A stretch of 64,000 nt of DNA from an uncultured bacterium (GCA_903870315.1 CAIQCJ010000002.1:4820-68819), one strand, 5' to 3'. Positions 16,640 to 26,409 are shown, counted from the first letter of the stretch. Numbers and translations are program-made. Notes: generated from the sequence alone by a model not told the origin.

Positions 16640-19258
16640 ATGAAGCTTAAATTTGACGCAAATCAAGATTTTCAGATCGATGCGATAAATGCGATCGCTG
16701 ATCTTTTTGAAGGTCAAAGCAAGACAGCAAGTAAAATGATAGCTGGTAGTGGGCTTCTTGGTATTTATCCAAATATTCTCACTCTTACAAAAGAGGAGAT
16801 ATTAATAAATACGGCTAAAGTTCAGGATCATAATGGGATCTTGAATGGTGGTTTGGTAAAAGATTTAGATTTCTCTATTGAAATGGAAACTGGTACGGGT
16901 AAAACTTATGTCTATATACGAACCATTTTTGAATTAAATAGAAAATATGGTTGGAAAAAGTTTATTATTCTTGTGCCTTCAGTTGCAATTCGCGAAGGAG
17001 TCATAAAGACACTTAAAATAACTAAGGATCATTTTGCTGATCTTTACGATAATGTTCCATATCGTTTTTATGAGTATCAGTCAAAAAATATTTCTCAGGT
17101 TAAACATTTTGCAGATAGTAGTAATATCGAAATAATGGTTATGACGATTGGAGCTTTCAACAAAGACACGAATGTTCTATATAGTGAGCGAGATCAAATG
17201 CATGGTGAACAACCGATTAGCTATATTCAAAAGACTAACCCTATTTTAATTTTGGATGAACCTCAAAATATGGAGGGAGATTCGACAAAAAAGGCGATCG
17301 ATAATTTTAATTCAATATTTCGTTTGCGATATTCTGCAACACACAAGAATTTGTACAACCTAGTCTATCAACTTGCTCCATATGATGCCTATCAACTCGG
17401 ACTAGTTAAAAAGATAGAAGTATTTTCTGTTGTTGATCAAGACGATGCAACATCAGCCCCACTAATAAATTTAATTGAAGTTAAACCTAGTAAGACTGCC
17501 CTCAAAGCTCAAGTGGAGATAATATCAAAAGACGATCAGGGTGAAGGAAAGAAAAAAAAGATCAGCGTAAAACAGGGTGATGACCTAGCAAAAAAGACCA
17601 ACAATGCAACATATGAAGGTTATGTTATTGAAGAACTCACAGCTGACGCTCCAGATTTTGGCTCAATCGGCTCTATTCGCTTTAGAAATAATATACAGAT
17701 TAAGAAGGGCGAAGGTATTGGTGGAAATCGTGAAGACATAATGAAAGAGCAGATTACTGAAACAATCAAATTGCATTTTGAAAAGAAGAAAAAACTTAGA
17801 GAGTTTGGAATTAAAGTTCTTTCATTATTTTTTATTGATCGTGTTGATAATTATGTGAAAGACGATGGTTTTATCAGACAAACATTCATAAAGCAATTCA
17901 ATATTCTTAAAAAAGAATACGGTGAAAGTGGCGCAAACGTAAATACTGTCCATAAGGGATACTTTGCAATGAAGAATGCAAATGAGTACATTGAGCGTGA
18001 ATCTGCAATAGCTGAAAACAAAGAGGCTTACGAACTGATAATGAAAGACAAGGAAAGATTACTTTCTTTTGAGGAACCAACAGAATTTATCTTTTCACAC
18101 TCTGCACTTAAGGAAGGTTGGGACAATCCAAATATTTTTAATATTTGCACACTTAATCTTACATCTTCGACGATGAAAAAACGTCAAGAAATTGGTCGAG
18201 GTATGCGACTCTGCGTTAATCAGGATGGAGAACGAATCTTCTTAAAAAATATTAATCTTTTGTCAGTGATTGCAAACGAGAGTTACTCCAGCTATGTCGC
18301 AGGCCTTCAGTCTGAGTTTGTTGATGATGGTATATACAAAGCACCGCCATTACCATACAACGCAAAAAGAAAAATCACAGTTAAACTCAAAAGAGGATTC
18401 AATACTGACGAAAATTTCAAAGCAATATGGGATCGTATATCAAAAAAGACAAAATACGTAGTTCGAGTTGATTCTGGCCGTGTTCTTGAGCGAGCAATAA
18501 AAAGAATCAATGAATTAAAGATACTTAAACCTCAAATTAAAATTGAGCGTGCAGGAATATCTATTGCACAGGAGGGTATCGCGGCAAGTATAATAGGCGG
18601 TCAATCTTTTGAACTTACACAAAACAAGCGTACGATTGATTGCGTTGGACTTATTAAAAGTGAGACAAAACTCACAAGAGACACAGTGGCAACAATTTTA
18701 GAAAAGTCTAAAAACCTTAAATCTTTCTTCAATAATCCTGAGAAATTTATTTATGAGGTGACGAAAATAATAAAAGAAGAATTGGTACATGATTATATTG
18801 AGCAGATAAGCTATGAAATTATTCCTGAAAAATACAATGTGGATCAATTTGAAAATATTTCAAGCTATGTTGATGCGACAGAGCCAGTTAAACACTCAAT
18901 CTATGAAGCCATTGTCTATGATTCCGAAGTTGAACAACAATTTGCAGTAGATCTTGATCAGGATGAAAGAATTAAATTATTTATAAAACTTCCAGCTTGG
19001 TTCAAGGTTGAAACACCGGTGGGAACATATAACCCAGACTGGGCTATTGTAACAGCAAAAAGAGATCTGCAAGGGAAGGAGGATCATGAAAAAGTCTATT
19101 TTATAATTGAGACAAAGGGCGGTACAAACCTGAGATCGTCCGAACGTGCAAAGATAGATTCAGCCAAGAAGCACTTTGAAGTGATCTCGGTTAACTATAA
19201 AGAGATCAACAAAGGCTATAAACAATTTAATCAGGAATGCTTGATTAATAAGCAATAA
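16640..19258 (+). CDS. res: Type III restriction enzyme Res subunit (SF2 helicase plus C-terminal PD-(D/E)xK endonuclease)
   Basis: Walker A METGTGKTYV, motif II ILDEPQNM, C-terminal YNPDWAIV ... IIETKG nuclease motif. 3-nt spacing after mod. Confidence 0.85.
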   Translation: MKLKFDANQDFQIDAINAIADLFEGQSKTASKMIAGSGLLGIYPNILTLTKEEILINTAKVQDHNGILNGGLVKDLDFSIEMETGTGKTYVYIRTIFELNRKYGWKKFIILVPSVAIREGVIKTLKITKDHFADLYDNVPYRFYEYQSKNISQVKHFADSSNIEIMVMTIGAFNKDTNVLYSERDQMHGEQPISYIQKTNPILILDEPQNMEGDSTKKAIDNFNSIFRLRYSATHKNLYNLVYQLAPYDAYQLGLVKKIEVFSVVDQDDATSAPLINLIEVKPSKTALKAQVEIISKDDQGEGKKKKISVKQGDDLAKKTNNATYEGYVIEELTADAPDFGSIGSIRFRNNIQIKKGEGIGGNREDIMKEQITETIKLHFEKKKKLREFGIKVLSLFFIDRVDNYVKDDGFIRQTFIKQFNILKKEYGESGANVNTVHKGYFAMKNANEYIERESAIAENKEAYELIMKDKERLLSFEEPTEFIFSHSALKEGWDNPNIFNICTLNLTSSTMKKRQEIGRGMRLCVNQDGERIFLKNINLLSVIANESYSSYVAGLQSEFVDDGIYKAPPLPYNAKRKITVKLKRGFNTDENFKAIWDRISKKTKYVVRVDSGRVLERAIKRINELKILKPQIKIERAGISIAQEGIAASIIGGQSFELTQNKRTIDCVGLIKSETKLTRDTVATILEKSKNLKSFFNNPEKFIYEVTKIIKEELVHDYIEQISYEIIPEKYNVDQFENISSYVDATEPVKHSIYEAIVYDSEVEQQFAVDLDQDERIKLFIKLPAWFKVETPVGTYNPDWAIVTAKRDLQGKEDHEKVYFIIETKGGTNLRSSERAKIDSAKKHFEVISVNYKEINKGYKQFNQECLINKQ

Positions 19259-19262
19259 ATTT

Positions 19263-20429
19263 ATGAAAGAAAGAATTAAGGATACAATACAAGACTGTAA
19301 CATCAATTTCCTGATTGGATCCGGACTTTCTTCTCCGTTCTTAAAAACACTCGGAAATATCGAAATACTACTTACAAAATTAGATGACCAAAATATTACT
19401 GACACAGAAAAGAAAGTGATTCGAGCATCACTCTACAAAAAATTTTTTGAAGATGCGATCCTTAAAAATCCCAAGATATTAGAGTCAGATATTGATGCTA
19501 ATTCTGCACTGAAGCATTATCACGACTTTCTGAAGTCAATTAACTCAATTCTTCTTAGACGTAAAAGTACGATATTAAGTAAGGAAGTTAATTTATTTAC
19601 TACCAACTTCGATATTTTTTTAGATAAAGCTCTCGAAGATGTATCAGTTGAATACAACGATGGATTCAATGGTCGATTTCTCCCTCAATTTAGTCTAACC
19701 AACTTCAAAAAATCAAGGTTTAAAAAGAGCCTGCATTATGACAACATATCAGAAATACCTGTATTTAATTTGCTTAAATTACATGGATCACTTTCTTGGA
19801 AACTGATTGATAAAACGGAAAATAGTGAAATAGTATTTTCTTCTGACTTGTCCAATCTTAAGGATATACAAAGTAAGATACCGAGCATGGAACACCTGAT
19901 TGATGTTCAAGCTGACTCAACAGTAGAGACCCTAGTAAATGCTGTCCCGGGCAAAGTCCTTGATCCATCAGTTCAAACCTTTATGGAAGCATATGAAAAG
20001 CTCTCGATTGTAAATCCTAATAAAGATAAGTTCCGTCACACACTACTTAATCAGACTTACTACGAAATGCTTAGGATATATTCGAATGAATTGGAAAAAG
20101 AAAATACCGTTTTGTTTGTCATGGGTTTTTCTTTTGCAGACGAGCATATCCGTGAAATTACACTTCGCGCAGCCAATTCTAACCCGACAATGATGATCTA
20201 TATATTTGCATATAGCTCAAAGAGTAAAGCGGACATTCAATCTAAATTCGATTCAAAAAATATAAAAAATAAGAATATTGTAATTGTCGGTCCAGAAACT
20301 AAAGAGGACGGTGATGACAAATTTAAATACGACCTAGAGACAATTAACGCCCAAATTTTTGATTGTCTTCTTGAAAAAGAGGATACAAAAGAGTCGGCAA
20401 CATCAGATGTGCCTAAGGAGGCTAAATAA
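19263..20429 (+). CDS. SIR2-like (SIR2_2 family) NADase-type defense protein
   Basis: NFLIGSGLSSPF (GxGxS N-terminal block), TTNFD, KLHGSLSW and VMGFSFADEHI blocks characteristic of defense-associated SIR2-like domains. Directly upstream of HerA-like ATPase. Confidence 0.7.
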   Translation: MKERIKDTIQDCNINFLIGSGLSSPFLKTLGNIEILLTKLDDQNITDTEKKVIRASLYKKFFEDAILKNPKILESDIDANSALKHYHDFLKSINSILLRRKSTILSKEVNLFTTNFDIFLDKALEDVSVEYNDGFNGRFLPQFSLTNFKKSRFKKSLHYDNISEIPVFNLLKLHGSLSWKLIDKTENSEIVFSSDLSNLKDIQSKIPSMEHLIDVQADSTVETLVNAVPGKVLDPSVQTFMEAYEKLSIVNPNKDKFRHTLLNQTYYEMLRIYSNELEKENTVLFVMGFSFADEHIREITLRAANSNPTMMIYIFAYSSKSKADIQSKFDSKNIKNKNIVIVGPETKEDGDDKFKYDLETINAQIFDCLLEKEDTKESATSDVPKEAK

Positions 20430-20433
20430 TTTT

Positions 20434-22335
20434 ATGAATAATGATTCAATCGCAGAAGACGCAATTTTCAAAATAGGAAAGGTCATCTCGGTTGATGGCA
20501 GGACAATTAGAGTTGGCATAGATAAAACTAAAAATTCTTCGCATCTTGTATACAAAGGTGAGCTTCTAAAAAATATTTCGGTGGGTGGTTACATAAAAAT
20601 TATTAAGGGGTTCACAAAAATAATTGGCAAGGTTGAGGGAGAATTTATTAATGAAGATAAACAGTTCGGTAAAAAGGGTTATGGTAGCGAGAAGGAAAAG
20701 ATCAATAGAGTCTTGAGCGTCAGTCTACTCGGTTTTTTTAGAGGTAGTCACTTTGAGAGAGGTATTAAAGAATTGCCACTTATTGATAATGAATGCTTTT
20801 TACTTCACAACAGAGAATTTGATCAAGTACATAATTTCATCAAAGATAATGATGATCCTATTACAATTGGTGCATTAGCATTAGAAAAAGGTCAGTCAAT
20901 AAAAGTCGGTATAAATAGTTTATTTGCTAGTCATATTGGAATATTTGGTAACACTGGTAGCGGAAAATCTTACACTCTTGCAAAAATTTATCGTGAACTT
21001 TTTGAGAAATATAAGAATGAAATAAAATTCAAGAGAAATGCTAGGTTTTTTCTGATTGATTTTAACGGAGAATATATAGACACATCTTCGAGAAGTGATA
21101 GTGTAATCATTGATAAAAAATATAAAAGCACCTATAAATTGTCTACTAGAAATGACAAGGGTGACAAGTACCCGATTCCAATAGATGCAATAAGAGAAGC
21201 TGAATTCTGGGTTATTTTTCTTCAGGCAACAGAAAAAACTCAAGCTCCGTTCTTAAAGAGGGCTGTTGAGAGTGTTTATCTTCAGGGCAAGATACAAGTT
21301 GAATCAGATTTAAAAGACATGATCGCAAAGATGATTTTTACTGCGACAACTGATGGTGATAAGACCTTGGAGAAAACAGTCGTAATGAATCTTCTTGAAG
21401 AAATAAAGGATTGCTTGGGGGGTAATACAACAATAGATGATCTTATTTCAGACTATCGCCTCAATCTGCATTATCATAGTAAAAATAATAAATATTACTA
21501 CGGCACTGATTCAGCCACCGCAATGTATAGCGACAATGCTTCATACAAGCAAACTGTTGTTGACGATAAAATTAATACGCTTTCCATAAACACGAAACAA
21601 ATATCTCCTATTGATGAAGTTAGACTTCAAATTGTGATTCAGTACTATGAAGACATAATTAGAGGTTTTTCAAACAAGGAACATCTCTCTCCACTGCTCA
21701 AACGATTAGATAAAAGAGTGGATCATTTAAAGAAGGTGATCAACGTCATAAATGACGCTGAAACCCCAATGCCAAAGCAGAAAAATCTTATTATTGTATC
21801 TCTAAAAGATGTAAATATTCAGATAAGAAAGATCATCCCGATGCTTTTATGTAGAAAGCTGTATAATGATAAAAAAGAAAGTAACAATGATCAGACATAT
21901 CTCAATCTTATAGTTGATGAGGCACACAATATTTTGTCTGAAAATTCAGAAAGGGAAAGTGAGCAATGGAAAGATTACCGCCTTGAGACATTCGAGGAAA
22001 TTATTAAGGAAGGTCGAAAGTTTGGTGTTTTCTTAACAATTGCAAGTCAACGTCCATCGGATATTTCACCAACGATCATATCTCAATTACATAATTACTT
22101 TTTACATAGATTGATAAATAATGAGGATATACGAGCAGTAGAAAAAACAATTTCATATCTCGATAAAGTATCTTTTGAATACCTTCCAATTCTTCCTACG
22201 GGTACATGTATAGTTGCTGGACTTTTGGCAAATGTGCCAGTAGTGGTTGATATTGGTAGAATTATTCCACCTAAGCACGAACCAAAAAATAAGACTCGCA
22301 CGCTTATTGATAAATGGAAAACAAATAAAAAATAA
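20434..22335 (+). CDS. HerA/FtsK-like ATPase (SIR2-HerA partner)
   Basis: ATG at 20434 preceded by aaggagg RBS. N-terminal barrel-like KIGKVISVDGRTIRVG. Walker A GIFGNTGSGKSYTL, Walker B LNLIVDEAHNIL. Confidence 0.7.
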   Translation: MNNDSIAEDAIFKIGKVISVDGRTIRVGIDKTKNSSHLVYKGELLKNISVGGYIKIIKGFTKIIGKVEGEFINEDKQFGKKGYGSEKEKINRVLSVSLLGFFRGSHFERGIKELPLIDNECFLLHNREFDQVHNFIKDNDDPITIGALALEKGQSIKVGINSLFASHIGIFGNTGSGKSYTLAKIYRELFEKYKNEIKFKRNARFFLIDFNGEYIDTSSRSDSVIIDKKYKSTYKLSTRNDKGDKYPIPIDAIREAEFWVIFLQATEKTQAPFLKRAVESVYLQGKIQVESDLKDMIAKMIFTATTDGDKTLEKTVVMNLLEEIKDCLGGNTTIDDLISDYRLNLHYHSKNNKYYYGTDSATAMYSDNASYKQTVVDDKINTLSINTKQISPIDEVRLQIVIQYYEDIIRGFSNKEHLSPLLKRLDKRVDHLKKVINVINDAETPMPKQKNLIIVSLKDVNIQIRKIIPMLLCRKLYNDKKESNNDQTYLNLIVDEAHNILSENSERESEQWKDYRLETFEEIIKEGRKFGVFLTIASQRPSDISPTIISQLHNYFLHRLINNEDIRAVEKTISYLDKVSFEYLPILPTGTCIVAGLLANVPVVVDIGRIIPPKHEPKNKTRTLIDKWKTNKK

Positions 22336-22339
22336 TTAT

Positions 22340-23092
22340 ATGTCAGAATATTACAACGCCAACAGAACAAGAAACATCTACGATCCAGAAAGTCCGGAAC
22401 CTTTTAAGTTGTCACGATCAAAAATCGAGCTCTATATGAAATGCCCGAAATGCTTCTATATGGATCGCAGACTTGGTGTTGGACAGCCACCGGGCTTCCC
22501 GTTTGCCCTAAATTCGGCCGTAGATGCCCTCCTAAAGAAAGAATTCGACATACATAGAGCTAAGAAGACTCCTCATCCGCTTATGAAGGCGTACGGCCTT
22601 GATATGGTCCCTTTTGCACACGAGAAGATGGGAGAGTGGCGAGAGAATTTCAAAGGGGTCCAGTATCACCATGAAGCTACAAATTTCATTATGACCGGAG
22701 CTGTGGACGACTTGTGGGTGAATGGGGAAGGGGAAATCACTGTTGTTGATTACAAATCAACAAGTAAACCTGCAAAAGTAACTCTAGATGCTGACTGGCA
22801 GATTGGATACAAGCGTCAGATGGAAATGTATCAATGGTTACTACGCAAGCTAGGCTTCAAAGTGTCAAATACTGGTTATTTTGTATATTGTAATGGAAAA
22901 ACTGATCGCACAGCATTTGATGGAAAACTAGAATTTGATATTGATTTATTACCCTACACTGGAAGTGACTCGTGGGTCGGCGGAGTCCTCCATGAGATCA
23001 AGCAGTGTCTTGATGGCGAAATGCCAGATTCGAGTCATGATTGCGACTTCTGTAATTTTAGAAAAGCCGCAAATGCAGTTGATAAAAAATAA
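22340..23092 (+). CDS. PD-(D/E)XK nuclease, Cas4/RecB-like with Cys cluster
   Basis: N-terminal CPKC, core GAVDDLWV ... EITVVDYKS (D ... E-x-K), C-terminal HDCDFCNF Cys cluster. ATG at 22340 (MSEYY) chosen over upstream in-frame start. Confidence 0.5.
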   Translation: MSEYYNANRTRNIYDPESPEPFKLSRSKIELYMKCPKCFYMDRRLGVGQPPGFPFALNSAVDALLKKEFDIHRAKKTPHPLMKAYGLDMVPFAHEKMGEWRENFKGVQYHHEATNFIMTGAVDDLWVNGEGEITVVDYKSTSKPAKVTLDADWQIGYKRQMEMYQWLLRKLGFKVSNTGYFVYCNGKTDRTAFDGKLEFDIDLLPYTGSDSWVGGVLHEIKQCLDGEMPDSSHDCDFCNFRKAANAVDKK

Positions 23093-23134
23093 TCTGTCCT
23101 TCATTTAAAAACAAAAATATTGTAAAATTACCAA

Positions 23135-23743
23135 ATGGATCAAATTATCTACATTTTAATAAACGAAGCGATGCCCGGATATGTAAAAGTTGGTAAGACT
23201 ACAGATTTAGAGCAAAGGGTCCGCGATCTATCGCGTGCTTCAGGAGTTCCTCTTCCTTTTGAAGTTTTTTATGCTGCAAAAGTGAAAGACATGCATGAAG
23301 CTGAAAAATTAATACATGATGCCTTTGGAGATACACGCGTAGCTCCGAACCGAGAATTTTTTAAGATTGCTCCAGAAAGAATTGTGGCGGCCTTAAAATT
23401 GGCTCAATTAGAAAATGTAACCCCACATAGCGACTTCGTTGATTCTCCTGAAGAACAAAAAGCTCTAGATAACGCTAGGAAGAATCGGGCAAAATTTAAT
23501 TTTGAAATGGTAAAAATAATGCCGGGTAGTATTTTAACTTTCACTCGAAATCCAGAGATAACATGTAAGGTTATCAATGACACACAAATTGAATATAATG
23601 GGGAAATAAAAAGTCTTTCTGAGGCGGCAAAACTAGCTCTTGGGATTGATTACCAAGTGGCCGGGACATTGTACTGGGAATATGATGGGGAGACATTGGA
23701 TGAACGCCGAAGGCGCTTCGAAGAAGGTAACGATCAAGAATAA
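23135..23743 (+). CDS. T5orf172 (GIY-YIG-like) domain protein with DUF4357-like C-terminus
   Basis: IYILINEAMPGYVKVGKTTDLEQRVRDL ... FEVFYAAKVKDMHEAEKLIHDAF ... NREFFKI matches the T5orf172 pattern. Confidence 0.5.
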   Translation: MDQIIYILINEAMPGYVKVGKTTDLEQRVRDLSRASGVPLPFEVFYAAKVKDMHEAEKLIHDAFGDTRVAPNREFFKIAPERIVAALKLAQLENVTPHSDFVDSPEEQKALDNARKNRAKFNFEMVKIMPGSILTFTRNPEITCKVINDTQIEYNGEIKSLSEAAKLALGIDYQVAGTLYWEYDGETLDERRRRFEEGNDQE

Positions 23744-23747
23744 AATT

Positions 23748-23906
23748 ATGTCATTAGATGGTAAAGATCCAGACGAAATAATAGAGATTGCTGAAATAGC
23801 ACAAAACCAAGGTGTTGATATTGAGGATGCTGAAAAAATAAAAGACCTTATGGATGATGAAGGACTGGACGAAGAAGATGCTGCGGAGTTGGTGGATTTA
23901 ATTTAA
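23748..23906 (+). CDS. Small acidic hypothetical protein (52 aa)
   Basis: MSLDGKDPDEIIEIAEIAQNQGVDIEDAEKIKDLMDDEGLDEEDAAELVDLI, ATG 4 nt after the upstream stop. Very acidic. Confidence 0.3.
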   Translation: MSLDGKDPDEIIEIAEIAQNQGVDIEDAEKIKDLMDDEGLDEEDAAELVDLI

Positions 23907-23917
23907 TAAATAATTTG

Positions 23918-24793
23918 ATGACATTTTCTGAAAACAAAGTTCTAAAATATTTTGAAAAAAATAAAACAACGATACTGACACTGTCATTTTTAGCGTTGGT
24001 CTTTATTGCACTCAATATCTCCGGAAATGCTGTGTACTATAAATTTTTTAATACCAATATAGATCAAGCGACCACCACAGCAGATATATCAACAGGCGGT
24101 TCTCCTTCAAGCTGCAACGTCCTCGGTATAAATTTGCACGGTGAGCTCTATACATATATTCCAAAACAAAATGATGTTGATCCAACGACAAACTATGATG
24201 TGGTTTCTAGCGAGAATGTTGTATCGCTTATCCAGAAAGCTGATCAGGATAGCACCATAAAGGCAATCCTTATAGAAGTAGATTCACCCGGCGGAGAACC
24301 CGTTGCGGGAGAGGAAATTGCGAATGCCCTAAAGACCGCTACCAAGCCAACCGTTGCAGTGATTAGGCAAACTGGAGCATCTGCCGCCTATTGGGCAATC
24401 AGCAGTGCAGGAAAAATATTTGCATCAAGAAATTCTGATGTTGGTAGTATCGGCGTTACCGAATCATACGTTCAAGATCCGACAACGAGCAAAAACTTTG
24501 TACAGATCTCAGTAGGGAAGTATAAAGACACCGGTAATCCAGCTAAACCCCTAACAGCTGATGACAAAGCTCTTCTTTTGAGAGATATCAAAATTGTTCA
24601 ACAGAATTTTATTAATGATGTTGCGACGAATCGAAATCTTTCGGTAGATGCGGTAACAAAAATTGCGGATGGCTCATCAGTTCTTGGAGATAAAGCTAAG
24701 TCAGTTGGTTTGATTGATGAGATTGGAGATGAAACGTCAGCACAAAATTATTTGTCACAAAAAATAGGAACGCCGGCATCTCTTTGTTGGTAA
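23918..24793 (+). CDS. SppA/S49-family membrane serine peptidase (signal peptide peptidase-like)
   Basis: N-terminal TM, AILIEVDSPGGEPVAGEEIANAL, Ser nucleophile context TGASAAYWAIS, Lys in VGKYKD. ORF-track start 23915 is TTG; ATG at 23918. Confidence 0.55.
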   Translation: MTFSENKVLKYFEKNKTTILTLSFLALVFIALNISGNAVYYKFFNTNIDQATTTADISTGGSPSSCNVLGINLHGELYTYIPKQNDVDPTTNYDVVSSENVVSLIQKADQDSTIKAILIEVDSPGGEPVAGEEIANALKTATKPTVAVIRQTGASAAYWAISSAGKIFASRNSDVGSIGVTESYVQDPTTSKNFVQISVGKYKDTGNPAKPLTADDKALLLRDIKIVQQNFINDVATNRNLSVDAVTKIADGSSVLGDKAKSVGLIDEIGDETSAQNYLSQKIGTPASLCW

Positions 24794-24800
24794 AATAAAA

Positions 24801-25076
24801 TTATTTTATATTTGCGATTCCTTTGAAGACCTCCATTTCCATAAGAACGTGATTATAAAGTTCGTCAGAAATTTCGTCATTCTTAAATTCAACTTTCCGT
24901 TTCAAATTATTTACTTCTAAAAAGAGTCTTCTTTTTCGCCCATCAAAATTATATAGAACCACTAGTGTAAAAGATCCATCGAGCTTCTCGTGGTACCAAA
25001 GCGTGGCTTTTTCTCCTTCCCAGATATGACCATTTTTACGTAGGGTCTCAAATGGATCGATTTCATATTTCGACAT
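24801..25076 (-). CDS. Hypothetical protein (91 aa)
   Basis: Only minus-strand ORF in the prophage cargo region. No motif. Confidence 0.3.
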   Translation of the reverse strand: MSKYEIDPFETLRKNGHIWEGEKATLWYHEKLDGSFTLVVLYNFDGRKRRLFLEVNNLKRKVEFKNDEISDELYNHVLMEMEVFKGIANIK

Positions 25077-25160
25077 ACGTGTGTATTAGCATAGATTCCA
25101 AAAAACTCATAGTAAAATAATGTGGTAGTTTATCCACAGATACCCTTGTTTTACTTACTC

Positions 25161-25189
25161 TTGCATTTCTACAATGTGGGAGTATAATG
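25161..25189 (+). promoter_or_regulatory. Sigma70-like promoter TTGCAT-17-TATAAT with embedded AATGTGGGAGT motif, ~230 nt upstream of integrase
   Basis: -35 ttgcat 25161-25166, 17-nt spacer containing tgtgggag (25175-25182), perfect -10 tataat 25184-25189. Confidence 0.35.
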
Positions 25190-25422
25190 TCATCAACCCA
25201 ACCTACTTAGTGCGCGCCAACGTAGGCTAGGGTAGGGAAGATCGAAAAAACCATTATAAGCATTCAGCCTATTGTCCCGTGAGGGAAAGCCCACAAAAGG
25301 CATTGAAGATAGTTCAAAGCCTTTCTTTCGTTCAAAAGTGTGGGGGTTTTTAGAATGTTGATCTCGGAAGACAATCCAACAACTCCTAGACAAGAGGCTT
25401 TGATTAACAAGCAAATAAATAT

Positions 25423-26367
25423 ATGTTACTTCGAGATGCAATCGAAAAATATTTGCTCTGGAAGGGTACTGAGACTCGTGTAGCAGCTAAAGTCTACAGA
25501 CCATTCCTTGAGCATTTCTACACCTACGTTGGCAACAGAGATACCCTCGACATAACCCTTGAGGACATCTCCGGATTCCGAGCATCGTTGCGATTAAAAT
25601 ACAACGATGGCAACATTGCGAACCATAACAATGTGATCAAGAATTTCTACAAATGGCTTGAAGCACTCAGGGCAACAACTGTACATCCATTCCTGATACG
25701 CAACCCAAGATTCCAAGCTCCTGAGAGACCGGTAGCGACACCGGACGAGGTTAAAAGAATGTGCGCTACCCTTAATGAGAATTCCTACGGGGATCTTATA
25801 AGACTTATTGCGATCAGACTCATGTGGGAGTCGATGATCAGGGTAAGCGAGCTTGTGGACCTAAATATTAACGACATCGTGTCGCAAAAGAATTACACAG
25901 AAATTGTAGGTAAGAAAAATTATAAGAAACGATGGATTATGTGGTCGCCAGAAACCCATCAACTCCTGCTAACGTATGTCACCAAGCGAAAAGCGTATCT
26001 TGATCACGAAGCATTGTTCGCTCATGAGAAAGGCGGTGTAGCACAAAGAATGAATACTAGAAGCGTTGAGCGATGGTTAAAAATTGCTCGAGAAAAAGCG
26101 GGTATTGAAAAAGAAATATCTTGTCACGCATTGAGACATGGCGGAGCGCACGAGCTGGTCAAGAAAGGTGCGAGCCTAAAATTCATTGGATTGATCCTCG
26201 GACACTCAGATAACAACCCTCGAGCCGGCATGCAATATCTACGATTCAGTAAGGAGGAATCCCTAGATGTAGTAAACAAATTTGTGGGACTAAGATTCAA
26301 TCCGAATGAAATTCCGCCTCAATTAGAGCCTTTAGTCGGAGCGTATGGAGCTTACAGCATGGCGTGA
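25423..26367 (+). CDS. int: Tyrosine-type phage integrase / site-specific recombinase
   Basis: C-terminal catalytic region HALRHGGAHELV ... LGH ... MQYL (R, HxxR, Y). N-terminal SAM-like core-binding region. Confidence 0.85.
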   Translation: MLLRDAIEKYLLWKGTETRVAAKVYRPFLEHFYTYVGNRDTLDITLEDISGFRASLRLKYNDGNIANHNNVIKNFYKWLEALRATTVHPFLIRNPRFQAPERPVATPDEVKRMCATLNENSYGDLIRLIAIRLMWESMIRVSELVDLNINDIVSQKNYTEIVGKKNYKKRWIMWSPETHQLLLTYVTKRKAYLDHEALFAHEKGGVAQRMNTRSVERWLKIAREKAGIEKEISCHALRHGGAHELVKKGASLKFIGLILGHSDNNPRAGMQYLRFSKEESLDVVNKFVGLRFNPNEIPPQLEPLVGAYGAYSMA

Positions 26368-26409
26368 TGCCTCTTTGTAAATGTGGGAGTTTTATGATAA
26401 ATTGTCATT

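Noticed and set aside
25193-25441. 82-aa minus-strand ORF upstream of integrase
   Set aside because: Overlaps the promoter/motif-rich int leader and the int start. Odd composition. More likely non-coding regulatory DNA.
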